63,783 bases of DNA. Source: an uncultured Pseudobdellovibrionaceae bacterium (GTDB taxonomy: Bacteria; Bdellovibrionota; FAC87; UBA2466). The stretch covers positions 1 to 63,783 of the forward strand of contig CAZRVZ010000037.1 of assembly GCA_964603655.1 (NCBI GenBank), read 5' to 3'. The notes beneath the pieces are model-generated. The model was given only the letters and a program-made list of their open reading frames with translations. It was not told where the DNA came from and ran no database searches. The stretch's first letter is position 1. Each line of letters starts with the position of its first letter. Below, one piece after another: positions 27,706-37,204 of this stretch. Made by a program: the position numbers and the translations under genes.

Positions 27706-29735
27706 CAGCTGGTTACCTTGGATATACTTCGCCAGCGCTGCACGGCCGGAGTGAAAATTCTTTTGATGAGAAACTCGTAACCCATTCCCTGCCGGTCCGC
27801 CATGATGACGAGGTCGCTGAATCCGGGTGCTAAGCCGGGCAGGGGATTAATTTCCAGAAAATAAATATTACCCTTGGCGTCCAGGCGAAAATCGATCCGG
27901 GAGACATCCCGACAACCTAACGATCGAAAAACCTTTTTCGCGAAATTGGCTATTCGCCGGTCGATCTCCTTGGGCAGACTCACGGGACAGACATAGCTGC
28001 AAAACGGATTTTCGGGATTTTGCTTGGCCTCAAATGAATAGACGGGATACTTTCCCGCGACATTGGAAAATGCGATCTCCATCGGCCCCAGTATTTTGAG
28101 TGCGGAATTTCCCAGGATCCCCACCGTAAATTCGCGCCCGTCGATATACTCTTCGCACAATACCGGCGTCTCGAACTTCTTCCAGAGGGTTAATACGGCC
28201 TCCTGCAACTCCTCGTGGTTCGAAACGACCGATTTATCATCGATGCCCTTGGACGTCCCCTCGGAGTTGGGCTTCACCATTACCGGGAATCGTAACCCAG
28301 AGTCGGTCATGCGTGACGAACCATTATACAGACGAAAATTGGGAGTGAGGATGCCGTCATTGGTCAAGAGCCGCTTGGTGATGGCCTTATCCAGAGTAAT
28401 AGCGAGGCAGGTGGCATCGCTCCCGGTGTGCTCGATTCCCAACAGATCGCAGACGGCAGGCACCTGGGCCTCGCGCGCCCGCTTGCGCGATCCCTCGGCG
28501 ATGTTAAAGACAATGTCGATTCGGTTTTCTTTCAGGTTCTCGGATAGATTTCGCGTCGCTTCGACGGGTACTACAGTGGGGGTCGATTTTTCGAGCGCCA
28601 CGCGGATGGAATCGATCGTCGGCTGCGAGTCGAACTCTGCTTCGAGCTCGTACCCTGGATCGGCCATATCTTTGCGCTTCAGGTTGTAGACCAGCGCCAC
28701 CCGCGGGTGGCGGTTCGTGAGCAAACGCCGTGGTGATTTAGCGGTCCGAACCCCCGGCTTTACACGCGTCAGAGCCGCTTCGAGGATTTTCAAAATCGTT
28801 TGGTTGAAATCGAGTCCTAGAAGTCTGGCCGCCTCGAAAACCCCGGCGCCGGGTTGCAGGCTCGGTAGGGCATTGATCTCCAAGAAATATATTTCGCCGT
28901 CGGGCGTAATCCTGAAATCGGCCCTAGCGAAATCCACGACACCCACGGCCGGAATGATTCGTTTCATCATCTCGATGAGCTGGCCGCGAATATGGGACTC
29001 GATCTGCGCCGGACACCTGACCGACACCTTATCGTCCAGAAGGTTTTTCAGATCGTAATCATAGATGCCTTCACCACCTTCACTCCCGAAGATGTACTCG
29101 AGCGGTTCGAGCACTCCGCCATCGCCAAGACCGGCAATGAAAGGAACGCTCACGTCGCGTCCCGGGATGTACCTCTCCGCCAATACCCCCTGAGGATAGG
29201 TTTTGAGCAACTCCACGGCGTACTGGTTGAGCTCCTCGGGATCCCGGCAGAGGGATTTCGATGTAATTCCCTTACTCGACCCCTCGTAGTTGGGTTTCAC
29301 GAATACCGGGTAGGTCACTTCACGGGCAATATTGGAAATATCTTCCAGGGTCGTGACGAAATGCCCTTCTACGGTGGGAACCTTTCGACTTGCCACCATC
29401 TGCTTGGTCAAAAACTTGTCCAGGGTCAGAAAGCAGCCGTAGGGGCCGGAACCCACGTAGGGCAACTGGAGTTGCTCGAACACCGTCGGACCGAGACTCT
29501 CCCGCCCGATACCATAGTAGCCCTCGGCCGTATTAAAAATGATGTCCGGCTTGATTTCAGATAGACGCGTGGCCCACCCGAAGGCCGAGACATCGAGCGT
29601 CATTTCAACGTCAAAGACCTCGTGCCCGCCCGACACCAGCGCCTGGTGAATCGCCGTCACCGTTTCAGGCGTGTCGAACTCGGCCTGTTCGAGTGAATTG
29701 TTGGTTTTACGATTAAATACGAACGCGATCTTCAA
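27702..29735 (-). CDS. fused tandem D-alanine--D-alanine ligase-like ATP-grasp protein
   Basis: Two complete Ddl-like halves (about aa 1-325 and 345-677). Each has a PVFVKPN/PVMVKPN..EGSSKGI/EGTSKGI ATP-grasp core and a YFLEINALPSL / YFLEINPLPGL Mg-binding motif. Confidence 0.8.
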   Translation of the reverse strand: MKIAFVFNRKTNNSLEQAEFDTPETVTAIHQALVSGGHEVFDVEMTLDVSAFGWATRLSEIKPDIIFNTAEGYYGIGRESLGPTVFEQLQLPYVGSGPYGCFLTLDKFLTKQMVASRKVPTVEGHFVTTLEDISNIAREVTYPVFVKPNYEGSSKGITSKSLCRDPEELNQYAVELLKTYPQGVLAERYIPGRDVSVPFIAGLGDGGVLEPLEYIFGSEGGEGIYDYDLKNLLDDKVSVRCPAQIESHIRGQLIEMMKRIIPAVGVVDFARADFRITPDGEIYFLEINALPSLQPGAGVFEAARLLGLDFNQTILKILEAALTRVKPGVRTAKSPRRLLTNRHPRVALVYNLKRKDMADPGYELEAEFDSQPTIDSIRVALEKSTPTVVPVEATRNLSENLKENRIDIVFNIAEGSRKRAREAQVPAVCDLLGIEHTGSDATCLAITLDKAITKRLLTNDGILTPNFRLYNGSSRMTDSGLRFPVMVKPNSEGTSKGIDDKSVVSNHEELQEAVLTLWKKFETPVLCEEYIDGREFTVGILGNSALKILGPMEIAFSNVAGKYPVYSFEAKQNPENPFCSYVCPVSLPKEIDRRIANFAKKVFRSLGCRDVSRIDFRLDAKGNIYFLEINPLPGLAPGFSDLVIMADRQGMGYEFLIKRIFTPAVQRWRSISKVTSW

Positions 29736-29873
29736 TGAACCCGCATTTCTCGACTGAAAAAATATTTATCGAGGAATTCCGCGTGCGTGTCAAATCCGAA
29801 CACCACGTCCATCACCACATCCTCCAGCACCCCTATGACAACCTTCCCCAAACTTTGGTAAGCTAATCGCCGC

Positions 29874-30917
29874 ATGGCAAGCCTTTCCACATTCATTCCC
29901 ACGCACCTCGATCGCCTGATGAAACCACTCGGCATCGCGTTGGCCGCAATCGTCGTTCTCTTCACCGTTCGAGCGGTCCTGATGCGCTGGCTTAATACAG
30001 CAGCAAAGCAAAATCGAGATTCGAAGATTCTGCAGCACAGTATTTTACTTTCTCTCAAGACACCGTCGTTCTTCTGGGTGCTCGCGATTGGCCTTCATTT
30101 GGGCGTAACGGTATCGGATCTGCAGGCACGCTACGCGCACCCCATCGTGCTTTCCATCTATGTTCTGCTGGCATTGTCGGTCACGGTCGTGGCGGCCAAC
30201 TTGGCGGCTGCCATTCTGCGCAGCTTTTATCGCACTCCCGATGGAACTCCGATTCGCAGTGGCCTGGCTTTCGGCATTGTTCGCGGCGCAGTCATGGTAC
30301 TCGGAACGCTCGTCATCTTCGCAATAGTGGGCGTCCCGATTACGCCGGTGTTGACCGCTCTCGGTGTCGGCGGCTTGGCGGTAGCCCTGGCCTTGAAAGA
30401 TACGCTGGAGAATTTATTCGCTGGTATCTATTTAATAACCGATGGAACCGCTCGCGTGGGGGATATCGTTCGGCTCGATTCCGGGCAGGAAGGGGCGGTC
30501 GATGATATCGGCTGGAGGACCACCCGCATTCGCAACGCCAACAACACGGTCACCATCGTGCCAAACATCAAGCTGTCCCAGAGCATTCTTACCAACTTCA
30601 GTCTTCCGGACCGAAAATTAAGTACCTCGCTCAGCATTGCCGTCGCACTAGATAGCGATCTAGAAAAGGTGGAGTCCATTGTTCACGGCGTGCTCAGAGC
30701 CGCAACCGAGGATGTGACGGGCGTGCTCTCCAAGCCGGAACCTCTGGTGCGCATCAACCCGGGGACGATGTGGGTGGGAATCGATTACACGATCAGCTTC
30801 CATGTGCGCGAGTATTCCGACCTGGGCTTCACCCAGCATGAGATCAAAAAGAGAATCCTGCGCGCGTTCCGAGAAAATGGCGTAGTGGTATCCCAGCAGG
30901 CCAAAGTTCACAGTTGA
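29874..30917 (+). CDS. mechanosensitive ion channel (MscS family)
   Basis: FAGIYLITDGTARVGDIVRL..GAVDDIGWRTTRIRNANNTVTIVPN is the MscS pore/beta-domain signature. N-terminal TM helices. The exact start is uncertain. Confidence 0.85.
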   Translation: MASLSTFIPTHLDRLMKPLGIALAAIVVLFTVRAVLMRWLNTAAKQNRDSKILQHSILLSLKTPSFFWVLAIGLHLGVTVSDLQARYAHPIVLSIYVLLALSVTVVAANLAAAILRSFYRTPDGTPIRSGLAFGIVRGAVMVLGTLVIFAIVGVPITPVLTALGVGGLAVALALKDTLENLFAGIYLITDGTARVGDIVRLDSGQEGAVDDIGWRTTRIRNANNTVTIVPNIKLSQSILTNFSLPDRKLSTSLSIAVALDSDLEKVESIVHGVLRAATEDVTGVLSKPEPLVRINPGTMWVGIDYTISFHVREYSDLGFTQHEIKKRILRAFRENGVVVSQQAKVHS

Positions 30918-30923
30918 ATCGGG

Positions 30924-32141
30924 TTAGAGCAGAATGCGCGCAAACCTGCGCTTACCACATTGGATGACAAAAACTTTTTTCTCCTCGGGGATAAAATACT
31001 CCGCCTCGAGTACCTCGGAATCGATTCGAATCCCCTTCTGAGCGACCAGGCGCTTGCCTTCACTCGTGGTGGCCGCGAATTTCAGCTCGACGAGGAGCTT
31101 GGGAATCCAGATGTCTTTGCCGAGCCACTGAAAGCGATACTCCGGCAAATTCTCAGGCACCTCTTTCCGGGAGAAAACCGATTCAAATTGCTCCTTGGCA
31201 ACCACCGCGAGATTGGCGCCGTGATAGCGACCCACCATCTCCATCGCAAATCGAGCCTTCACATCTTTCGGGTGAAGCTTTCCTTCCGAGAGCTCGGAAA
31301 AAATACGATCGATCACGTCGAGGGGTGTGTCGCTGAGCAGTTCATAGTAACGACGCAGGAGCGTGTCGGGCATGCTCATGAGTTTGCCGAACATGTCGTT
31401 TGGAGGGTCGGTGACGCCAACAAAGTTATCGAGGCTTTTACTCATCTTCTGAACACCGTCGAGCCCCTCCAAGAGGGGCATGGTGATGCACACCTGGGGC
31501 GGAAGCCCTCGATCTTTCATCAATTCCCTACCCAACAGCAGGTTAAATCTCTGATCGCGGCCCCCGAGCTCGACATCGGCCTTCATGACAACCGAATCGT
31601 ACGCCTGAAGCAGGGGGTAGATGAATTCGTGGAGGCTGATGCTTTGACCCTCCTGATAGCGCTTTTTGAAATCGTCGCGCTCGAGCATGCGAGCTACATT
31701 GGCGTGGCTGGTGAGCTTGATAAAATCATGCGCCGTCAGTGTCTCGAGCCACTCGCTGTTGAACTGGATCCGCGTCTTCTGGGGATCTAATATTTTAAAT
31801 ACCTGATTTTTATAGGTCTCGGCGTTGGCATCCACCTGGCTTCGGGTGAGCTGCGGCCGCGTCTTGGATTTTCCGGACGGGTCACCCACCATTCCGGTGA
31901 AATCGCCGATAAGAAAAACCACCTGATGTCCGAATTGCTGAAACTGCGCCAGTTTTTGGATGAGCACGGTGTGGCCGAGGTGAAGATCCGGTGCTGTGGG
32001 ATCAAATCCCGCCTTAATCGTCAGGGGTTGTCCTGTTTTTAAAGACTCCTCGAGTTTTTCAATCAAATCCTTTTCCAGGAGGATTTCATCCACGCCTCGA
32101 CGAATATGCTCCAGCTGCTTCTTTACGGTGGTTTTAGTCAT
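30924..32141 (-). CDS. tyrS: tyrosine--tRNA ligase
   Basis: [13 protein letters not shown] (HIGH) and KMSKS motifs, with a C-terminal S4-like region. ORF trimmed to MTKTTVKK at 32141, overlapping the upstream stop by 8 nt. Confidence 0.9.
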   Translation of the reverse strand: MTKTTVKKQLEHIRRGVDEILLEKDLIEKLEESLKTGQPLTIKAGFDPTAPDLHLGHTVLIQKLAQFQQFGHQVVFLIGDFTGMVGDPSGKSKTRPQLTRSQVDANAETYKNQVFKILDPQKTRIQFNSEWLETLTAHDFIKLTSHANVARMLERDDFKKRYQEGQSISLHEFIYPLLQAYDSVVMKADVELGGRDQRFNLLLGRELMKDRGLPPQVCITMPLLEGLDGVQKMSKSLDNFVGVTDPPNDMFGKLMSMPDTLLRRYYELLSDTPLDVIDRIFSELSEGKLHPKDVKARFAMEMVGRYHGANLAVVAKEQFESVFSRKEVPENLPEYRFQWLGKDIWIPKLLVELKFAATTSEGKRLVAQKGIRIDSEVLEAEYFIPEEKKVFVIQCGKRRFARILL

Positions 32142-33012
32142 TGGACTGGTCACGTCGCTGTTTTCCGTCACGGTCGCGGCGATCTTGGCCGCCATCTTCA
32201 TTGCCCTGGTCGTCGGATGGCCCGAGCGATACGGTTGCGCGCACACGCTCTATCGCCTTGGCCTCTCGATTGGCGCCCAATGTGATGACGACGCAGCTAA
32301 TTCCAGGATTCAGAGTTGCTGTTTTGAACTGCACGGGGCGTTTGGTCAGATAGCGCTGCAGGATCTCCTCAGGGACCATCCCGATAACCGAATCGAATGC
32401 CCCGCTCATGCCAATATCAGTGATAAAAGCTGTTTTTTTGGGCAGCAACCGCTCATCGGCCGTCTGCACGTGGGAGTGGGTCCCCACGACAGCAGAAACA
32501 CGCCCGTCCAGAAACCAGCCCATCGCGGTCTTTTCACTGGTCGCATCCGCATGAAAATCGACGACAACCGGCGTGGATTCGTGAACTTGGTCCAACTCCT
32601 CTTCAATGGCTGAAAAAGGACACTGTACGGAATCCATGAAAACCCTGCCGAGCGCATTAATGATGTACAGGCACTGACCCTTCTCGTTTTTGAAGAGCTT
32701 TCCGCCGCTGCCCGGACACGGGCGACGACGAGTAGACGGAAGGTTAATCGGGCGAAGAATACGGTCTTCGTGCTCCAGGATCTGATAGATCTCCCTGTTA
32801 TCCCAGATGTGGTTGCCCGAGGTCATGCCGTGAAATCCCAGACCCAGAATTTCGTTCGCGGTTTTCCAGTTGGTGCCCTTCCCACCGGCAAGATTTTCCG
32901 CGTTTCCAAAAATGAAATCGGGCTTAAATCGATCCCTCAGCCCCGGAAGCGCGGCTGCAACGGCTCTACGGCCGGGTTTCCCAAAGATGTCACCGAAGTA
33001 TAGAACGACCAT
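32134..33012 (-). CDS. YmdB-like metallophosphoesterase (TIGR00282 family)
   Basis: Trimmed to [29 protein letters not shown] and GNH motifs. Unusual charged D/R/G-rich C-terminal tail. Confidence 0.8.
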   Translation of the reverse strand: MVVLYFGDIFGKPGRRAVAAALPGLRDRFKPDFIFGNAENLAGGKGTNWKTANEILGLGFHGMTSGNHIWDNREIYQILEHEDRILRPINLPSTRRRPCPGSGGKLFKNEKGQCLYIINALGRVFMDSVQCPFSAIEEELDQVHESTPVVVDFHADATSEKTAMGWFLDGRVSAVVGTHSHVQTADERLLPKKTAFITDIGMSGAFDSVIGMVPEEILQRYLTKRPVQFKTATLNPGISCVVITLGANREAKAIERVRATVSLGPSDDQGNEDGGQDRRDRDGKQRRDQSND

Positions 33013-33099
33013 GCGGCAGCATGGTACAGCGTCCCACAAGAATTACAATGCCGGCTTTTGTATCTCGCGGACTAACACTCGCTATTCTTCAGCCCGAAT

Positions 33100-33651
33100 C
33101 TAGCTGACAATTCCGCCTTCCGTGCACACGTACCGCATCCGAACATCGTGAGGCTCCTGCGGCAGTATGCCCTCAATTATCTGTGCCGACCAGGCAATGC
33201 CAATCGTGATAACCCCCGGCGCCAGTCCGCACAGATACCGATCGTAAAAACCCAAACCCGATCCCAAACGTGCACCGTGGCGATCGAATCGTAGGCCCGG
33301 AACCAGAATAACGTCGCCCGCTGCGAACTCGATTCGTCTTTCCGGAATCTCGGGGGGCTCTAAAATGCCAGCATAACCCGCCGTTAATTCAGTTAACTTC
33401 TGAACCGAAAAGAATTTCAGGGTTTTTCCATCAACGCGGGCGAATGCAACGTCTAGTAATCGCCCCGTGGCAAATTCGCTCAGATCGGGTTCGCGGGGGC
33501 GCGCAGCAAAAACCCCCAGCCGCTTAGCTAGTTTGATCTTTTCAAAATGGGCTAGGTGGCCGCAAATACGGGCAGAAAGTTCGGTTCGTCGCTGCCCTTC
33601 GGGAAGCGAAAGTCCCTTCAAGCGCCTGAGCGACGCCTTGGTTTCTATCAT
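33100..33651 (-). CDS. 5-formyltetrahydrofolate cyclo-ligase
   Basis: ILVPGLRFDRHGARLGSGLGFYDRYL family signature. Directly after zapA, as in proteobacteria. Confidence 0.85.
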   Translation of the reverse strand: MIETKASLRRLKGLSLPEGQRRTELSARICGHLAHFEKIKLAKRLGVFAARPREPDLSEFATGRLLDVAFARVDGKTLKFFSVQKLTELTAGYAGILEPPEIPERRIEFAAGDVILVPGLRFDRHGARLGSGLGFYDRYLCGLAPGVITIGIAWSAQIIEGILPQEPHDVRMRYVCTEGGIVS

Positions 33652-33950
33652 CGCGACGCTGACGATCCGGAGCGCTTCAACTCCCCCTCAACCCTTTCAA
33701 GCAATTTTTGGGCTCGATTGACGACCCCATTTCGGGTGTCGATGCCACGGCGTTTCTGCTTGATGTATTCACTTGCCAGGTCCAAGGCCACCAACATCGC
33801 CGCCTTTTGAATGTTGAGTCCGGGCGTTTTCTTCCGAATAGATTCGACTCGCCGGCGAACGAGCTCGGACACCTCGTTGAGATGCTCCGCCGGCTCCTCA
33901 CCGGTCAAAACGTATTTTTGTCCCGCGATAACGATTTCAATGGATGCCAT
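33648..33950 (-). CDS. zapA: cell division protein ZapA
   Basis: Trimmed to MASIEIVIAGQKYVLTGEEPAEHLNEVSELV, a typical ZapA N-terminus with a coiled-coil tail. Confidence 0.8.
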   Translation of the reverse strand: MASIEIVIAGQKYVLTGEEPAEHLNEVSELVRRRVESIRKKTPGLNIQKAAMLVALDLASEYIKQKRRGIDTRNGVVNRAQKLLERVEGELKRSGSSASR

Positions 33951-33991
33951 CGGTGCCTCCCGCCTTGTGAACAAACTCTTTCATTAGAGTA

Positions 33992-34984
33992 TTACAAGAC
34001 AGCGACCTGATCAATTTTTCCAAACACCGAGACGCCCTCATGAAAAACCTCCATTTCCACGTGATCGCCCGGTTTTAACCACGGTGAGATCGGTTTGCCG
34101 CCATCTAACACTTCCTGGAAGCGTTTTTCCGTGATGCAGGCAAATCCTCGGCTCTTGTCCTCGTTGGAGACGGTTCCGCTACCGACGATGGTGCCGGCCG
34201 ACAGCGGTCGGGTTCGGCTCGCGTGGGCTACCAGGTCCATGAATGAAAAATGCATTTCGCGCCCGTTCGGGGCTCCAAAATGCGTTCCATTGAATTGCAC
34301 GCTGAGATCCAGCGCCAATCGGCCATCTTTCCAAACAGCACCCAGCTCATCGGGGGTAATCACCACCGGGGCATAAGCCGAGTTGGGCTTTGATTGCAAA
34401 AAACCGAACTTCGACTCTATCTCCACCTTCACGATTTCGCGGTAGGTAATGTCGTTAAACAATGTGAGCAGCGCGATTTTAGAGCCGCATTCGATTGCAG
34501 GCGTGGCTCTATCGACCCGTGTCGTAATCACGGCGAACTCACCTTCGAAATCCCCGCCGAATGCGGAATCCATGAGTTCCAGAGGAGCGTAGGCCGACAG
34601 CGCGTTGTCGGCCACCCCTTGATACATGAGCGGCGTTACTTTCGCCGAAAGCGGCATCTCATCGCCTCGAGCTTTTCTGGCCCGGACGACGTGTGACAAA
34701 AAGGCACTGCCGTCAAAAAATCCGGGCGCGTTGGCAATCGGGGCTAGGCATTTTTTCAGATCGAAATCGAAGGCGTCGCGCATTTTGCCGGCGTTTAACA
34801 ATCGATAGATGTTTTCCAACTTCGGGTGTATCTCGTCCCAATCATCCAGAGCATCCACTAACGAGGTAAAAAGTTTCGATTCCGGTTTCGCCGCATATTT
34901 GAGATCTCGCGAGACCACAACAAGCTCTCCGTTGCGCTGGCGGTGTGTTTTGTCAAAAGGCGACGGGTAGCTGGCAAGTTTCAT
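33992..34984 (-). CDS. fumarylacetoacetate hydrolase (FAH) family protein
   Basis: C-terminal FAH-fold motifs (LSAGTIVGSGTVSN, PGDHVEMEV). 330 aa. Confidence 0.75.
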   Translation of the reverse strand: MKLASYPSPFDKTHRQRNGELVVVSRDLKYAAKPESKLFTSLVDALDDWDEIHPKLENIYRLLNAGKMRDAFDFDLKKCLAPIANAPGFFDGSAFLSHVVRARKARGDEMPLSAKVTPLMYQGVADNALSAYAPLELMDSAFGGDFEGEFAVITTRVDRATPAIECGSKIALLTLFNDITYREIVKVEIESKFGFLQSKPNSAYAPVVITPDELGAVWKDGRLALDLSVQFNGTHFGAPNGREMHFSFMDLVAHASRTRPLSAGTIVGSGTVSNEDKSRGFACITEKRFQEVLDGGKPISPWLKPGDHVEMEVFHEGVSVFGKIDQVAVL

Positions 34985-35907
34985 GAGTTAACTCCCATCA
35001 CTTTTTTCAACGATTCCGCAGGCTCGTCAAGGGAACAACTTCCAAAGGCGCCCCCGTGCAGTCGACGCGCCTCTTCAATTCCGGCAATTGTCAGAGAATG
35101 GCCTTTCCATTTCAGCTCACCGGTAGAAAACTCAAAGGCGGTCACCTTCTGTTCGGTCAGGCACTCTTGGATTTCGGCCTGAGAGAGGCCGTCGGAGAAA
35201 TGCAGGTTGAGCGCGGCCAAAAGATTGATAAACCCGAAATTGTCGGCGTGTGACACCGCTTCATGCAAACCCTGGGTCGCTTTGAATTTCAGACCGTGAA
35301 GTTTCGCGCACTCCAGCGAGAATGCGACCAAATCGGCGGGCGGAACGGTGGCACCGCCGGTTCGAATCTTCAGGCCGAATTGAACTCCGTCCATTTGGCG
35401 AAGCCGACTCAATTCACCCACTCTATCCAGATCCGTTGGAGTCGGCGTCACCTCTACAAAAACCGTAAAAGGCACGAGTGCCTCGACTGCCGTGCGCGCC
35501 AGTGTCCTTTGCCACCCCGACACGAGGTCCGGAGTCTCCGGAGCTTTCCATTCGTAACTGAGGGCGCGCTTTCTCAACGGGCTCTCGAATTCACTGCGAT
35601 TAAACTGTGCGAGCTTCGCCAAGTCGGACTCCACGACACCCCAGGGATCGCCCTGTGATGCAAGTACGGTAAAATTCCACGGCGAGCCGTCGGCGCCGTG
35701 ATCAAAAAGCAGGCGATCGGTTACCTGAGAAAACTCGGCCATCGGCAAAACGACTCGATTCATCATCCACGAAACAGCGCCGGTATGCCGGTAGGCCGCC
35801 GCTTTAGTCAGAGTTTCGAGGAAGCTGAGCTTTGCCGGGGGAAACATTCCAGCAAAATCGACAGTTCCCGCAAGGAGCGCCTCGAAGGCTCGATAATTCG
35901 TCCTCAT
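34981..35907 (-). CDS. conserved-looking hypothetical protein (308 aa), function unknown
   Basis: Clean ORF with 4-nt overlaps to both neighbours. No motif recognised. The alternating beta/alpha pattern is compatible with a barrel enzyme. Confidence 0.6.
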   Translation of the reverse strand: MRTNYRAFEALLAGTVDFAGMFPPAKLSFLETLTKAAAYRHTGAVSWMMNRVVLPMAEFSQVTDRLLFDHGADGSPWNFTVLASQGDPWGVVESDLAKLAQFNRSEFESPLRKRALSYEWKAPETPDLVSGWQRTLARTAVEALVPFTVFVEVTPTPTDLDRVGELSRLRQMDGVQFGLKIRTGGATVPPADLVAFSLECAKLHGLKFKATQGLHEAVSHADNFGFINLLAALNLHFSDGLSQAEIQECLTEQKVTAFEFSTGELKWKGHSLTIAGIEEARRLHGGAFGSCSLDEPAESLKKVMGVNS

Positions 35908-36977
35908 CGCGCGCGGCGCTTTTTTGCGGCCGCCGGTAGGTGGGCTATGTTATCTGTAGTGATGCCAATGGACGCGCTGCCGCGTGCACCAGACGATGCA
36001 ATGTAAGTTGCCTCCACGATCTCTAACGCGCGAATACCGTCGTCGATGGTAGCGATAGCGGAAGATCGCCCCGCAAGTTCGCCTTTGAGGGCCTTTAGCT
36101 CCTGCCGCCACGATGAATCGGTTCCGGCAAAACTTTCGGTCTCCACCTTGGGCGCACCCCGAACGCGATCCACACGAACGATGCGCAACATCTCGTCACC
36201 GTAGCTGCCGCCCAATCCCTCGACCTCAATCTTCCCCGTGGTTCCATAGACCTCGAAATCGAAAAGATTTTTCCATTCGGTACTGCTGGCGTGCAACCAC
36301 GCATACCGCCGTTCGTCTCGCCCCTTCAGAAACAGAAACGCATTATCATCGACTGGCATCTTCCAGAAGAGTGTGTCGACCTTGCCGAATTCCAGATCGA
36401 ATTCGCCGCCCATCCAACGGCACAGATCGATGAGATGAACCCCCTGATCGATGAGCTCCCCGCCCCCCGAAATGGCCGGGTCGGCTCGCCATTCCTTTTC
36501 GTACCCGATTCGGCCGCCATGGCCGTAGCGCGCGCGGAAATAGAGAATCTCACCGATTTCACCGTTTGCCACCAAAGTCTTCGCCTGCCAGATCGCCGGG
36601 TGAAATCGGTGATTAAATCCGATGCGGGCGATTCTGTCGGCCTTTTTAGCGGTCGCCGCCACCTTTTTGAGCTCGGCCACCGATCGGCCGCCAGGCTTTT
36701 CGATCAGGACATGCTTTCCCAATTCCAGCGCGGCACAGGCGCACTCGCTTAATACATCGTTAGTCGTCGAAATGATGACGAGTTGGATGTCGTTGCGCTT
36801 AACCAGATCCCGCCAGTCATCATGCGGTTCGGCATCAAAGATTCGTGCCAGCTCCTTCGCCCGATCCAGCTGCTTATCGGCCACTGCCACTAGCGTGCCA
36901 TTAACCTCCTCGACAGCGTCCGCGCGCTTGCGCCCAATCAGGCCCGCTCCGACTATTCCAACTCCCATTTCCATCAA
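35904..36977 (-). CDS. Gfo/Idh/MocA family NAD(P)-dependent oxidoreductase
   Basis: N-terminal Rossmann motif GVGIVGAGLIGRKRA, EKP motif (VLIEKPGG), and a C-terminal alpha/beta domain. Confidence 0.85.
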   Translation of the reverse strand: MMEMGVGIVGAGLIGRKRADAVEEVNGTLVAVADKQLDRAKELARIFDAEPHDDWRDLVKRNDIQLVIISTTNDVLSECACAALELGKHVLIEKPGGRSVAELKKVAATAKKADRIARIGFNHRFHPAIWQAKTLVANGEIGEILYFRARYGHGGRIGYEKEWRADPAISGGGELIDQGVHLIDLCRWMGGEFDLEFGKVDTLFWKMPVDDNAFLFLKGRDERRYAWLHASSTEWKNLFDFEVYGTTGKIEVEGLGGSYGDEMLRIVRVDRVRGAPKVETESFAGTDSSWRQELKALKGELAGRSSAIATIDDGIRALEIVEATYIASSGARGSASIGITTDNIAHLPAAAKKRRAR

Positions 36978-37204
36978 TTAAACCTCGCCTTTTCCCCAGC
37001 GCACCGAAAAAGATTAACCGAAATCGGTCTTACCGTCGATGGCGCCTGGATCACGGGAACCATTCCCACGTAACCCGGAGCAGTGCATCATAGCAACGCG
37101 TCTAACGCAAACACTCTCCGTAGGTGCAGATTATTTTAGTTTTTTTGGTTTTCTACCGACAAGTAGATCGGCAAATAGAAGCGCGCCCCCCGTCGGAGAC
37201 TCCC

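Noticed and set aside
29732-30058. 108-aa minus-strand ORF spanning the ddl-like/mscS intergenic region.
   Set aside because: Most of it overlaps the N-terminal TM region of the MscS gene on the opposite strand. It has no supporting signals.
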